From Ignavibacteriota bacterium (GTDB taxonomy: Bacteria; Bacteroidota; Ignavibacteria; Palsa-1295), in assembly GCA_963794025.1 (NCBI GenBank), contig CAWCCK010000003.1, positions 2,414-66,413 of the forward strand: a stretch of 64,000 nucleotides of DNA. Direction: 5' to 3'. The position numbers and the translations under genes were made by a program. The stretch's first letter is position 1. Every line of letters begins with the position of its first letter. Positions 17,813 to 28,178 of the stretch are shown piece after piece. The notes below the pieces were generated by a model that saw only the letters and a program-made list of their open reading frames with translations, did not search any database and was not told where the DNA came from.

Positions 17813-18571
17813 TTAAATTGGGACAGCCGTTCTCATGGAAACAGCATTTCTGTGATTAGTGGAGTTTTTAGGAGCTTTTTCCTGAAACCATCTGCGAAGC
17901 GATTCGAAAATTTTGAGTCCATCGGCGCTGCCGAGCATGGCTTCGCAAGCGCGTTCCGGGTGCGGCATGAGGCCCATCACATTCTGCTCTTTACTAATGA
18001 TTCCCGCGATATTGTTGATGGAGCCATTCGGATTCGATGCGCGCGTTGGGTTCCCGTCCGCATCTGCATAGCGGAACACCACTTGGTTATTTCGTTCCAG
18101 ATCGGCGATGACTTCATCGTCCGCAATATAATTTCCTTCGCCATGCGCGATGGGAATTTTTAGGATCGATCCTTCTGCAATTTCTCCCGTAAAACGAGTA
18201 TTCTGTTCGACGCGAAGATGAACTTCTTTGCACGCAAACCGCAATCCTGCGTTACGGATGAGCACACCGGGAAGTAATCCGCTTTCGCAGAGCACTTGAA
18301 ATCCGTTGCAAATGCCAAGCACCATCCCGCCATCGTTGGCGTAGCGAATAACATCCTTCATCACCGGCGAAAATTTTGCGATAGCTCCGGTGCGCAAGTA
18401 ATCTCCATAAGAAAACCCTCCTGGTAAAATCACAAGATCGACGTTTTTACCGATGGAATCTTCTTTATGCCAGACGAACTCGGTATCCTGCTCGCCGAGC
18501 ACATTTTTCACGGCATGCATGGCATCGTGATCGCAATTCGATCCGGGAAAAACGATGACGCGGGTTTTCAT
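17813..18571 (-). CDS. purQ: Phosphoribosylformylglycinamidine synthase, glutaminase subunit PurQ.
   Basis: [16 protein letters not shown]…GICNGFQVL…HPER class-I glutamine amidotransferase motifs. Confidence 0.85.
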   Translation of the reverse strand: MKTRVIVFPGSNCDHDAMHAVKNVLGEQDTEFVWHKEDSIGKNVDLVILPGGFSYGDYLRTGAIAKFSPVMKDVIRYANDGGMVLGICNGFQVLCESGLLPGVLIRNAGLRFACKEVHLRVEQNTRFTGEIAEGSILKIPIAHGEGNYIADDEVIADLERNNQVVFRYADADGNPTRASNPNGSINNIAGIISKEQNVMGLMPHPERACEAMLGSADGLKIFESLRRWFQEKAPKNSTNHRNAVSMRTAVPI

Positions 18572-18825
18572 GCGATCGGCGTAACGTTAATGACGGAGAA
18601 CGTCTCCATGATCGGATTCGCAAGCAGCTTTTCGCTGGCGCGTTCGGCGATGGTACGCGCAGCTTCGGGCGAGGCAGCATCGACCGTCAGCCGGATATGC
18701 TTACCCACGCGCGTGTTTTCGATCTCACGAAAACCAAGCGACGCAAGCGCGTGCTCGATGGCTTTGCCCTGAGGATCGAGAATCGCTTCCTTGCGCTCGA
18801 TGGCGATATAAACGTAATACTTCAT
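18568..18825 (-). CDS. purS: Phosphoribosylformylglycinamidine synthase subunit PurS. The stop overlaps the purQ start (ATGA).
   Basis: [32 protein letters not shown]…; the 127-aa track ORF is an artefactual N-terminal extension through the microsatellite. Confidence 0.85.
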   Translation of the reverse strand: MKYYVYIAIERKEAILDPQGKAIEHALASLGFREIENTRVGKHIRLTVDAASPEAARTIAERASEKLLANPIMETFSVINVTPIA

Positions 18826-18841
18826 AGTAATGAGTGGATGA

Positions 18842-18911
18842 GTACCAAGTACCAAGTACCAAGTACCAAGTACCAAGTACCAAGTACCAAGTACCAAGTA
18901 CCAAGTACCAA
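18842..18911. repeat. Heptanucleotide microsatellite (GTACCAA)x10, directly followed by an inverted repeat GTACCGAGCACCGACCAACTCGGTAC.
   Basis: Direct read. Lies in the 5' leader of purS, between pssA and purS. Confidence 0.9.
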
Positions 18912-18957
18912 GTACCGAGCACCGACCAACTCGGTACTCGGTACTCATCACTTGGTA

Positions 18958-19767
18958 CTATATGCCGAACGTTGATTGCTCTTCGTGATCGAGCGCTTCT
19001 TCGTCGAGTAATGCTGCGGCGCGGCGTTCACGAATGAGCCGGCGTGTTCGTTCATATAAAGAGCGAATCACTCCGTACAATACGAATAGAACAAAAAGCG
19101 GGAAGATCGCGCTCCCGCGTGTAACGATCGCAAGGATCAGCCCGATAAAATAAATCCCAAATTTATACGGATGCGCCAGAATGTTCCGCTTCGAGGGTTT
19201 CGGCACTACATCGTATTTCACCGTGCTGACCATCAGCAGCGAGGCTCCGATCGCTACGACCCACATCCAGGGATCTTCCAAACGCTGATCCATAGGAAGC
19301 GCGAGATGGTGGAACATGATGTACGAAATGATGAGAATGGCGGAAGAAGGGGTAGGAAGACCGCGAAAATAATCTTTATCGAAGCCGACAAGCTGCGTAT
19401 TGAAACGCGCAAGGCGGATCGCGCCGCAAATGGCAGGAAGCGCAGCGAGTAAAAGTCCGGTGCCGGGAAATTGATAGAAAAAAGCTTTGTACAGGATCGC
19501 GCTTGGCGCAACGCCGAAGGTCACGATGTCCGCCAGCGAATCGAGTTCCACGCCGAACTCGCTGGAAGTATGCGTCAGGCGCGCCATTGCGCCATCGAGC
19601 AGATCGAAGATTCCGCCGATAACGATATACCATCCGGCGAGAATAAAATCCCTATCGTCGCCATGCTTACCATCGAGCGCAGTGACGATCGCGGCAAACC
19701 CCGAAAAGAGGTTCATCATCGTAAACAAGCTCGGGATGATCGAGCGGGCGCGGCGTCGGGTGCTCAA
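18958..19767 (-). CDS. pssA: CDP-alcohol phosphatidyltransferase, probably CDP-diacylglycerol--serine O-phosphatidyltransferase.
   Basis: DGxxAR…G…D…D motif (DLLDGAMARLTHTSSEFGVELDSLADIV). Polytopic. Confidence 0.65.
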   Translation of the reverse strand: MSTRRRARSIIPSLFTMMNLFSGFAAIVTALDGKHGDDRDFILAGWYIVIGGIFDLLDGAMARLTHTSSEFGVELDSLADIVTFGVAPSAILYKAFFYQFPGTGLLLAALPAICGAIRLARFNTQLVGFDKDYFRGLPTPSSAILIISYIMFHHLALPMDQRLEDPWMWVVAIGASLLMVSTVKYDVVPKPSKRNILAHPYKFGIYFIGLILAIVTRGSAIFPLFVLFVLYGVIRSLYERTRRLIRERRAAALLDEEALDHEEQSTFGI

Positions 19768-19788
19768 GATGCTATCGTAGAAATGTGG

Positions 19789-21642
19789 TTAGCGGAAATC
19801 TTTAACGACAAGTTGCGGCGTTACGCGGCCATTGTACTCGTTCTCTTCGAGGCAAAAAACGAGTTCGAGATCTTTGCGTCCTTTTTTATCTGCGTTTAGC
19901 AGTTCGCCGATGCGCTCGCCAAGCCCGAAGCCGATGGCTTCTATCGCCGCACCGCCAAGCGTGAACGGCGTGACATTCGGAGCAAGCGGTGCATCGGTTC
20001 GCCGAGCGATGGCAGCAGAACGCACTTGAAATTTCAGATGGGGAATTGTTTTGCCGACAGTTCTCGGAACGCCAACGACTTCCACCTCTTTCGCATGAAA
20101 CACGGGCCGCATGTTATCCGGGCCATACGGCTGGAACTGCCGCGTGATCGCAAAAAATTTCGGATTGAGTTCGTTCAGATCAATAGAGGCATCGATAAGA
20201 ATTTCCGGTTCCAGCATCGCATCCGTTATCATTTCGCTGGCCACATCATTAATAGCGGCGCGAAACTCCGCCACGCGATCAACAGCAATAGAAAGCCCTG
20301 CCGCATATTTATGTCCGCCAAAATTCATGACGGTGCTCTCGCATTGCTTAATCGCGGAATAAATATCGAAGCCAATGATCGAGCGCGCACTGCCTTTGGC
20401 TACGCCATCGATCGTAGTTAGCAGCACGACGGGAAGATGATACCGATCTACCAACCGCGATGCGACAATGCCAATCACCCCCGCATGCCACGCAGGATTA
20501 TGCAGCACAATAATTCTATTGCGAGGAGTTGCTTCATCGGCGGTTCGTTGTAACATGCCATTAACAAAACCGCAGGCTTCGAAGAACGCATCTTCATCGA
20601 TGCGGCGGCGGCTGGAATTTGCAAATTCCAGTTCCGCTGCAAAGTGCTGGGCTTCGTCGTCGGTTTTTGACATGAGGAGTTTCACGGCGCGCCCGCCATC
20701 GCCAAGCCTTCCGGCAGCGTTGATGCGCGGCGCAAGTCCGAACACGACTTGACTCGTACCGATTTTCCCGACGGTTTGCTGTGCGGCACGAATCAGCGCT
20801 TTAATTCCCGGACGTGGCTGCTCGTTGATGCGCTTTAATCCAAATGCGGTGAGAATTCTATTCTCACCTTGCAAGGAAACAATATCCGCTGAACTTGCGA
20901 GCGCAACAAAATCTAAAAAATCATATACGCTATCGCCTAAATTGAATTGCTTCGAAAGCGCTTGGATCAGTTTATATCCCACGCCGCATCCGCACAAGAA
21001 TTTGAACGGATAGTTACAGGAACCTTTGATCGGATTCAGAATGGCATATGCATCCGGCAGACGAGGTATGCCATCAATACGCATCGGCTCGTGATGATCG
21101 CAAATAATAATATCCGCGCCGCGAGAACGTGCATACGCAACTTGGTCGACGGAAGTAATGCCGCAATCAATAGTAAGAATAAGCGTTGGCGGCCCTTCCG
21201 GCGCGGCAAACAAGCGGTCGAACCCTGCAATCGAAAGCCCGTAGCCTTCGGTAAATCGGTCGGGCGTATGGCAAGCCACTTGCACGCCAATCGATTCAAA
21301 AAAAAGCGCCAACATCGCGGTGCTCGTCGTGCCATCGACATCGTAATCGCCGTAGATCGTGATGCGTTCTTTTTGTTCGATGGCGCGCGCGATGCGTTCA
21401 ACTGCGCGAGGCATATCGTCCATCAAAAAAGGATCGTGCAGGCGTTCAAGCGATGGACGGAAAAAATCCCGCGCTTCGTCGAACGTCCTCACGCCACGCG
21501 AAACAAGAATACGTGCGATACTTTCCGGCACACGAATCGATTCCACAAGTTCTCGCACAGCGGATGACCGATCATCCACAGCAAGCTCCGCATCCACAGT
21601 TGTTGTGAGAACGAGATCCGGAAGTCGCCAGCGATACTGCAC
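19789..21642 (-). CDS. recJ: Single-stranded-DNA-specific exonuclease RecJ.
   Basis: DHH motifs (ITIYGDYDVDGTTS…DHH) and the DHHA1 region. Confidence 0.9.
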   Translation of the reverse strand: MQYRWRLPDLVLTTTVDAELAVDDRSSAVRELVESIRVPESIARILVSRGVRTFDEARDFFRPSLERLHDPFLMDDMPRAVERIARAIEQKERITIYGDYDVDGTTSTAMLALFFESIGVQVACHTPDRFTEGYGLSIAGFDRLFAAPEGPPTLILTIDCGITSVDQVAYARSRGADIIICDHHEPMRIDGIPRLPDAYAILNPIKGSCNYPFKFLCGCGVGYKLIQALSKQFNLGDSVYDFLDFVALASSADIVSLQGENRILTAFGLKRINEQPRPGIKALIRAAQQTVGKIGTSQVVFGLAPRINAAGRLGDGGRAVKLLMSKTDDEAQHFAAELEFANSSRRRIDEDAFFEACGFVNGMLQRTADEATPRNRIIVLHNPAWHAGVIGIVASRLVDRYHLPVVLLTTIDGVAKGSARSIIGFDIYSAIKQCESTVMNFGGHKYAAGLSIAVDRVAEFRAAINDVASEMITDAMLEPEILIDASIDLNELNPKFFAITRQFQPYGPDNMRPVFHAKEVEVVGVPRTVGKTIPHLKFQVRSAAIARRTDAPLAPNVTPFTLGGAAIEAIGFGLGERIGELLNADKKGRKDLELVFCLEENEYNGRVTPQLVVKDFR

Positions 21643-21764
21643 GAGATGGTGGTTTTATAATAGAGGCCGGGTCAAAGTGATGCACTTTATCGGCCTCAGG
21701 ATGGTACACTAATTTGTTAACTTCGTATCAAACCGGAATTGGGTAAGAAGAATTACTCGTAATA

Positions 21765-22133
21765 AATTAGGAATGGAGAATTAGGAATGGAGAATTAGAA
21801 ATTGAGAATTAGGAATTAGGAATGTGGATGATCCGATAAAGTCCAACCTGTCATCCTGAGCGGAGTTTGTCACGACGCGCATCGACCACGATGCTTGGAG
21901 TGAGGAACGGAGTCGAAGAATCTCATGCAGTTACGCTTAGTGGTGAATGTCCGGAGATCCTTCGACTCCGCAATCCGATGCTTCGAGCATCGTCGACGAT
22001 GCGGGTCGAATTGCTCCGCTCAGGATGACATCTTAATCTAATCTGTGTCAGCCATTCTTAATTCTTAATTCTTAACTCTTAATTCTTAATTTATAAATCC
22101 CCTATTCTTCATTCTTAACTCTTAATTCTTCAT
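21765..22133. repeat. Composite repeat: family A MITE copy 3 (21850-22029, 180 bp) flanked by inverted simple-repeat arms (AATTAGGAATGGAG)n on the left and (ATTCTTAATTCTTAACTC)n on the right.
   Basis: Direct read. The arms are roughly reverse complements of each other, giving a large potential cruciform between recJ and the 7TMR-HD gene. Confidence 0.7.
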
Positions 22134-22176
22134 TGATAAGGACACCTTTTGCCATACTGCATTAGTTGCAAGCTGG

Positions 22177-24489
22177 ATGAAGGACGAACGATCCAAAACC
22201 ACGCTCGGTACGCGCACGATCCGGTCGCTGCGGGAGGCGCTTGCTGACCCGAAATGGCGGCGTTCGAAGCCGATTAGGTGGACAATCGGTATTGTGCTGA
22301 CGCTTGTGATCGCCGCGCTTTTCCCGAGCGCGCATACGATCGCGCTTTCGGGATATGCAGCCGGCTCGCTGTGGACGAATGCGGACGTGACCGCGCCCTT
22401 TACGTTCCCTGTCTATAAAGATGGCGTGCGGTATGGGCAGGATGTTCGCAAAGCGCTTCAGGAACTTCACTCGGTATATGTGCCGGATACGAGCGCGCCA
22501 TCCGCAAGCGTGCGGAACTTTCGAAAACATTGGGACCGTCTGATGCATGTGCTTACGCTTGCGCGGGTCGATTCTCTCGGCGGCGTTTCCCTGCTCGATT
22601 CTGCAAAAACGCTCGGCCTTTCGAGAGACGATTGGACGCTGCTCGCCTCTTCCGTTCAATCCCAAAATCAGAAACAATTTGAGCGAAGCGTGCGCGATTG
22701 GAGCGATCTCGAAGCGTATATTGTGCGGCAGATCGGGGAGATGGAATCCATGCGTTTTATTACGTCGGGCAAGCCGGAAGAAACGGCGAACGATCCGAAA
22801 TTTTTTGCGCTCCGCACCCGCCTGAACGAGGAATCGCTGATCGTTCGCGATTCTCTGCTCACTGTTCAAGCGGTTGCGAACCGCATTTACGCGAAATTAG
22901 AAGCGCGTTTGAAACACGACTCCCCACTGCTACATCCGCTTTCGACGCTCGTTTTGCAATCTTTAGTTCCGACTGTCGCTTTCGATCAGACGCTCACGGA
23001 AGAAAGCCGCCAATCTATTATCGATCGCGTTCCGACTACGGATGGCCTTGTGATTGAAGGACAAAAGATCGTCGAAAAAGGCGAAGTGCTGACGCCGCAG
23101 ATCGTTGCATCGCTCGAAAGTCTTTCGAAAGCGCGGCTGGAACGCGGCGGCAGAGTTGCGGAACTCTTACGCATTTTGGGAACGATCGGTCATGCGGGGC
23201 TGATCGTGATGCTCATCGTGCTGTACCTCAAATTTATTCGCCGCAAGATCTATAACGATAACGCGCAGATATTATTGCTGGCGCTCGTCGTGCTCTTTCC
23301 GGCTGTGATGGCCTACTTCTCGGTAACGATTCCCGTAGATTTTCCACTGCAATATTTTATTCTGATTCCCGTGGCTTCGATGCTGCTCACTATTTTGTTC
23401 GATAGTCGAACGGGATTCTACGGCACCGTAGCGGCATCGCTTATTGTGGCGGGTATTCGCGGGAATGATTATTCGGTCGCATTAGCGGGACTCTGCGCGG
23501 GCGCGTTCGCGGCCTACACGGTGCGCGATCTGCGTAACCGAAGCCAGCTTTTTACGAGCATCGGATATATTTTTATTGGTTATGTGGTTTCGATCTCCGC
23601 GCTGTCGTTAGAGCAGGGAACTCCTCCCGGCGAAGCAGGATTGGAACTGATCTCCGCGCTTGGCAACGCACTGGTTTCGCCCGTCGTGACGCTCGGGCTG
23701 CTCTATGCGATCGAAATGCTCTTCGATACCGCAAGCGATCTTCGGTTAACGGAATTCGATAACGTGAACCAGCCGCTGCTTCGGGAACTTGCGCTCCGCG
23801 CGCCGGGAACGTATCAGCATACGATGATGGTCGCGCAATTAGCCGAACATGCCGCGATCGCCATTGGCGCGAACGGATTGCTTGCAAAGATCGGCGCGTA
23901 TTTTCATGATATTGGCAAGCTGAACGACCCCGTAACCTTTGTTGAAAACCAAACCGGCGAGACTGGGAACATTCACGAAACACTCACGGCCCGCGAAAGC
24001 GCAAAGCGCGTGAAAAAGCATGTCGCCGATGGCATTGCGCTCGCCAAGGCACAGGGATTGCCACAGCGCATCATTGATTTCATTCCCATGCATCACGGAA
24101 CGCTTCCCATCTCTTTTTTTTATCTTCGAGCGGTCACCGAAGGCGCGGGCGATGGCATTGTGAACGAGCATGAATTTCACTATGCCGGCCCGCTTCCGAA
24201 TTCGAAAGAAACGGTGATCGTTATGCTGGCCGATGCCTCCGAAGCGATCTCCAGATCGCTTGCACGGAAGGGCGAAGAGATGTCGTTCGAAACAATCGAT
24301 GCGGCGATCGAGCAGCTTATTCACACCCGTTTCGAGCAGGGACAGTTCGATCAATCGGACATCACCGTGAGAGATTTCACGATGATCCGCGCGGTGTTCG
24401 CGCGGCATTTATCCGGACTGCATCATCCACGCATCCCCTATCCAACCGCGCAAACGATGGATATGAAAATCACGCCTGCGACCGCATAA
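22177..24489 (+). CDS. 7TM receptor with intracellular HD hydrolase (7TMR-HD / PgpH-like HDIG phosphohydrolase).
   Basis: Extracellular N-terminal region, seven TM helices, C-terminal HD domain (…YFHDIGKLNDP… …IPMHHGT…). Confidence 0.75.
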   Translation: MKDERSKTTLGTRTIRSLREALADPKWRRSKPIRWTIGIVLTLVIAALFPSAHTIALSGYAAGSLWTNADVTAPFTFPVYKDGVRYGQDVRKALQELHSVYVPDTSAPSASVRNFRKHWDRLMHVLTLARVDSLGGVSLLDSAKTLGLSRDDWTLLASSVQSQNQKQFERSVRDWSDLEAYIVRQIGEMESMRFITSGKPEETANDPKFFALRTRLNEESLIVRDSLLTVQAVANRIYAKLEARLKHDSPLLHPLSTLVLQSLVPTVAFDQTLTEESRQSIIDRVPTTDGLVIEGQKIVEKGEVLTPQIVASLESLSKARLERGGRVAELLRILGTIGHAGLIVMLIVLYLKFIRRKIYNDNAQILLLALVVLFPAVMAYFSVTIPVDFPLQYFILIPVASMLLTILFDSRTGFYGTVAASLIVAGIRGNDYSVALAGLCAGAFAAYTVRDLRNRSQLFTSIGYIFIGYVVSISALSLEQGTPPGEAGLELISALGNALVSPVVTLGLLYAIEMLFDTASDLRLTEFDNVNQPLLRELALRAPGTYQHTMMVAQLAEHAAIAIGANGLLAKIGAYFHDIGKLNDPVTFVENQTGETGNIHETLTARESAKRVKKHVADGIALAKAQGLPQRIIDFIPMHHGTLPISFFYLRAVTEGAGDGIVNEHEFHYAGPLPNSKETVIVMLADASEAISRSLARKGEEMSFETIDAAIEQLIHTRFEQGQFDQSDITVRDFTMIRAVFARHLSGLHHPRIPYPTAQTMDMKITPATA

Positions 24490-24496
24490 CACAACG

Positions 24497-25474
24497 TTGC
24501 CAGCCATCACACGCCCGAAACGCTCGAAGCGCACCCTTGCAAGTATTGGGAGCGAATCAGAGGATAGTTCCATTCCGCGAACAACATTAAATCCCACGGC
24601 GCTGTATTTAAATTATCTACGCATTGAGCGCGGACTTTCACCGAATTCGCTCGAAGCATACGAGCGCGATATTCAAAAATTGGAATTGTATATTGCTCCA
24701 ACAAAACTTCCGATCGTTCGCGTATCGTACAGCGATCTTCAGAAGTTTCTAAGGGAACTTGGCGAAGCTGGAATGGCTCGTGCAAGCGTTGTTCGCATCG
24801 TAAGCGGGTTGCGGGGGTTCTATAAATTTCTGCTGACAGAAAAAATTATTCTCCATGATCCCACCGAAAATCTCGATGTAAAATCTATTCGCCGCACGCT
24901 GCCGGACGTGCTTTCTATCGCAGAAATCGCAGCGATACTCGCGCAGCCGGATGTGACGACGAACAAAGGCATCCGCGACCGCGCGCTGCTGGAATTTTTG
25001 TATGCAACCGGCGCGCGAGCATCCGAAGTTACGGGACTGCGACTTTCGCAATTATTTTTACGCGATGGATTAGTGAAATTATTCGGTAAGGGAAGTAAAG
25101 AGCGCCTTGTTCCTATCGGAAGAATGGCGCGTGACGCAATGGATGTTTATCTTTCAAAAGTGAGACCGCTTTTGATTCGAACGGGAAAACGAACGGACGC
25201 GGTGTTCCTTAATCAAGAGCGGGGAACTGCGCTTTCGCGTATGTCGGTGTGGAACCTTGCGCGAGAATACGCAAGCAGCGCGAAGATCGAAAAGCATCTT
25301 TCGCCACACACGTTTCGGCACTCGTTTGCTACGCATCTTATCGAAGGCGGCGCGGACTTACGTATGGTGCAGGAAATGCTCGGCCACGCCGATATTTCCA
25401 CCACCGAAATTTACACGCATGTTGACCGTTCTTATTTGCAGGAAGTTCACCGGACGTTTCACCCAAGAGGATAA
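24497..25474 (+). CDS. xerD: Tyrosine recombinase XerD/XerC family.
   Basis: N-terminal SAM-like core-binding region. C-terminal R…HxxR…Y catalytic region (…HTFRHSFATHLIEGGADLRMVQEMLGHADISTTEIYTHV…). Confidence 0.85.
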   Translation: MPAITRPKRSKRTLASIGSESEDSSIPRTTLNPTALYLNYLRIERGLSPNSLEAYERDIQKLELYIAPTKLPIVRVSYSDLQKFLRELGEAGMARASVVRIVSGLRGFYKFLLTEKIILHDPTENLDVKSIRRTLPDVLSIAEIAAILAQPDVTTNKGIRDRALLEFLYATGARASEVTGLRLSQLFLRDGLVKLFGKGSKERLVPIGRMARDAMDVYLSKVRPLLIRTGKRTDAVFLNQERGTALSRMSVWNLAREYASSAKIEKHLSPHTFRHSFATHLIEGGADLRMVQEMLGHADISTTEIYTHVDRSYLQEVHRTFHPRG

Positions 25475-27012
25475 TGCAGAATAAACGCTGGCTTATTTGG
25501 ATTGTGCTCGCGGGACTCGCGGTGCGTATCGGCGCGTGGTTCTATTTCGGCATGCATACACTGCAATTAGTTACCACTCGCCTGCCGGATGATGCGCTCT
25601 ACTATTTCACCATCGCAAACAATCTCGCGCATGGGTTTGGGATCTCTTTTGACAGCATTCATCCCACGAATGGAATGCACCCGTTGTGGCTCATGCTCAT
25701 CTCGCCGATCTTTGCGCTGGGCTTTGCAAAGTGGGGTTTTATTCACGTAGTCCTGCTGTTTCAAAGTGTACTCGATACGATCATTATTTGGCTGATCGGA
25801 AGTACCATTTACAATTTACTTCCCACTGCGAAAGAATCAAACAGAAAAACGGCTGCGGCATCTGCGGCATTGATCTATGCACTAAGTTCCATCGTCATCA
25901 TCCGAAGCATTAATGGATTGGAGACTACGCTGACTGCGCTGCTCTTTGTGCTGTGGTCCCGCGCATATTTGCGAACAGCGAGCGGTTTGTTCAAGGATTG
26001 GAGCATTCTGGGAATCGTTACCGGATTGCTGATGCTCTCGCGCACCGATAGTTTTATTGTGCTGCTCCCGCTTGCTCTTTTTATTTTTGTGACGCGAGCG
26101 AAATCAGAATGGAGTGGAATGCTGCTTGCGCTTATGCTTGCCTGCATTGTGATAGCGCCGTGGCTGATCTGGAATTTCGCGCATTTTGGAACCATCGTTC
26201 AATCGAGCGCAGAGGCAGTTCCGATGCTGGCGATGCGGAAGTACGAGGTGCTGTATGGTTCATCGAAATACTGGCATTTCGGAATCGAAGCAATACGTAA
26301 TGCATTAAAGCCTTTTTGGTACGCTGCGTTTGGTCTGCCGATACTTACGATTGGTTACGCTGTTATTGTGCGAAGGAAAAAATTATCGCAAGCCGAGCGT
26401 GGGATTTATTTATTGATCGTCGGCGGTGTTTTCTTGCTGCTCATCCATTCGTTCTTTCGTGGATTTATTCGGGATTGGTATCTTGAAGAGTTAATTCCCA
26501 TTTTTCTTATTGGCTTTGGAATCAGCATCGGCGCAAATGCCGGTACGACCGAAGCGCGTCCGAGCGGAAGATTCTCTCTTGCGGCGATCGTGATCGTTCT
26601 CCAACTTATTCTTTTCCGGGAACCGCAATATACGTCGCAATCGCAATTACTTACATTGGGATTGCCAACCGTTGAAAAACTTACCGAGCATGCTAAAGTG
26701 GCCTCGTTCAATTCGGGATATTATGGGTATTTCACGACAACTCCCGGCAAGGTCGTAAATATAGATGGCGTGGTGAATTCCGATGCCTTAGCCGCGCTGA
26801 AATCGGGACGCATTGGCGTGTATCTCGATAACGATTCCGTTTCGTACTTTTTAGATTTTCAGGGCGATTTCGGAGGGTACATCAATCTTTTCGATCATCA
26901 CATGATGGATGGGTTTGTGCGCGATAGCACCTTTGGAAATCCGAACGGTGGGAACGACGCGCTGGCGCTGTATCGCCGCAAAACAATTTTAGGTCAAAAA
27001 CAAATACCTTAA
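25474..27012 (+). CDS. Polytopic membrane protein, GT-C-fold glycosyltransferase-like (ArnT/PMT-like N-terminal DDALYY region).
   Basis: About 11 TM segments with an acidic DDA motif in the first loop. Family assignment is tentative. Confidence 0.4.
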   Translation: MQNKRWLIWIVLAGLAVRIGAWFYFGMHTLQLVTTRLPDDALYYFTIANNLAHGFGISFDSIHPTNGMHPLWLMLISPIFALGFAKWGFIHVVLLFQSVLDTIIIWLIGSTIYNLLPTAKESNRKTAAASAALIYALSSIVIIRSINGLETTLTALLFVLWSRAYLRTASGLFKDWSILGIVTGLLMLSRTDSFIVLLPLALFIFVTRAKSEWSGMLLALMLACIVIAPWLIWNFAHFGTIVQSSAEAVPMLAMRKYEVLYGSSKYWHFGIEAIRNALKPFWYAAFGLPILTIGYAVIVRRKKLSQAERGIYLLIVGGVFLLLIHSFFRGFIRDWYLEELIPIFLIGFGISIGANAGTTEARPSGRFSLAAIVIVLQLILFREPQYTSQSQLLTLGLPTVEKLTEHAKVASFNSGYYGYFTTTPGKVVNIDGVVNSDALAALKSGRIGVYLDNDSVSYFLDFQGDFGGYINLFDHHMMDGFVRDSTFGNPNGGNDALALYRRKTILGQKQIP

Positions 27013-27024
27013 CCGGAGTGAAAC

Positions 27025-28131
27025 TTGACACGCCTTGTTTCTGTAATAGTGAGTTCATATTCATCCATGAAGCACGAAAGCCATAAAGTGAAGCCCACTC
27101 GCCCGTTCGCGTTCCTCGCCGCGTGCCTATTTTTCTTCATCCTTTATACTTCATCCTTCATCCTTGTCGCAAAAGCGCAGGATGTAAATGAATCGGCGCG
27201 CGCGGCGCTTTCGGATATTTTGAACAAGCCGCTTAGTCCGCGGGCGGCGGCGTTGGGAAACACGTTCGTCGCGATGCCGAACGACCCGAACACCATCTTC
27301 AGCAATCCCGCCGCACTTTCGAGCATCGTCGTCACGGATTCCGACCGGATGAACGATATTTCCGTAAGCTACACGCATTACGTGCTCGATATTAACGAGG
27401 GCGCGGTCGTGTATGAGCATCCGGTTCCCGAGAACATTCTCTTTGCTGGGAATTTTGCTGCCGGCGTACAGTATTTCGATGGAGGAACGTCCACGCAAGC
27501 CGATAACACCGGCCAAACGCTCGGAACCTTTAACACGGAAGACGTCGCATTCCTGCTCGCCTATTCCAGTACCGCTTCGAACGGCTTGCATTATGGCGCG
27601 ACGGCGAAAGTAGTTAGTTCCAGCCTTGTTTCGGGTTCCTCGGTACAGAATTATGGCGCGACATGGATCGCTGCCGATCTTGGTCTCTATTACGAATGGG
27701 CGAAGGAACGCATGACCTTCGGGCTTTCCGCGCTCAATTTGGGCGGGGAACTTTCGAAGTACGACAGCGTCGGCGAACCTGTTGGGCCGGACGTTCAGCT
27801 TGGCGCGACCATCAAGCCGGAGCATTTGCCGCTTACCCTGGGACTCGATTTCCATAATCTCACTCGCAATCTTGAAGGACACAATCTCTTCTATGCCTTC
27901 GATGATTTTTCCATTGGCGCCGAGTTCGCGATGGGTAAAGTGGTGCGTTTGCGGTTTGGATACGAGAACGAACTGCGCCACGAACTTAACGTTCCCGCGG
28001 GCAACGGATTCGGCGGGTTCTCCGGCGGCGTAGGACTGCACATCAAACGCTACGACATCGACTTCGCCATCGACGACGAAGGCCCGGATTTCACTCCCTT
28101 CGTAAGGTTTGGATTGAGAACGGATTTGTAG
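27025..28131 (+). CDS. Outer-membrane beta-barrel protein, PorV/PorQ/PorP-like (possible T9SS-associated).
   Basis: Signal peptide. N-terminal motif …AALGNTFVAMPNDPNTIFSNPAALS… and alternating beta-strand pattern. Low-certainty family call. Confidence 0.35.
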   Translation: MTRLVSVIVSSYSSMKHESHKVKPTRPFAFLAACLFFFILYTSSFILVAKAQDVNESARAALSDILNKPLSPRAAALGNTFVAMPNDPNTIFSNPAALSSIVVTDSDRMNDISVSYTHYVLDINEGAVVYEHPVPENILFAGNFAAGVQYFDGGTSTQADNTGQTLGTFNTEDVAFLLAYSSTASNGLHYGATAKVVSSSLVSGSSVQNYGATWIAADLGLYYEWAKERMTFGLSALNLGGELSKYDSVGEPVGPDVQLGATIKPEHLPLTLGLDFHNLTRNLEGHNLFYAFDDFSIGAEFAMGKVVRLRFGYENELRHELNVPAGNGFGGFSGGVGLHIKRYDIDFAIDDEGPDFTPFVRFGLRTDL

Positions 28132-28178
28132 CCGAATGTGGGTTTCAAGTCCACGGATTCCCCTCGGGCCGTTCCGAT

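Noticed and set aside
18568-19037. Long ORFs 18568..18951, 18725..18922 and 18834..19037 with LGTWYLV / VPSTKYQ repeats
   Set aside because: Created by the (GTACCAA)n microsatellite. True purS starts at 18825.
24497-25474. Tyrosine recombinase as marker of an integrated mobile element
   Set aside because: XerD-type sequence (chromosome dimer resolution). No adjacent phage or ICE genes, tRNA or att-like repeats. Flanking genes are housekeeping.
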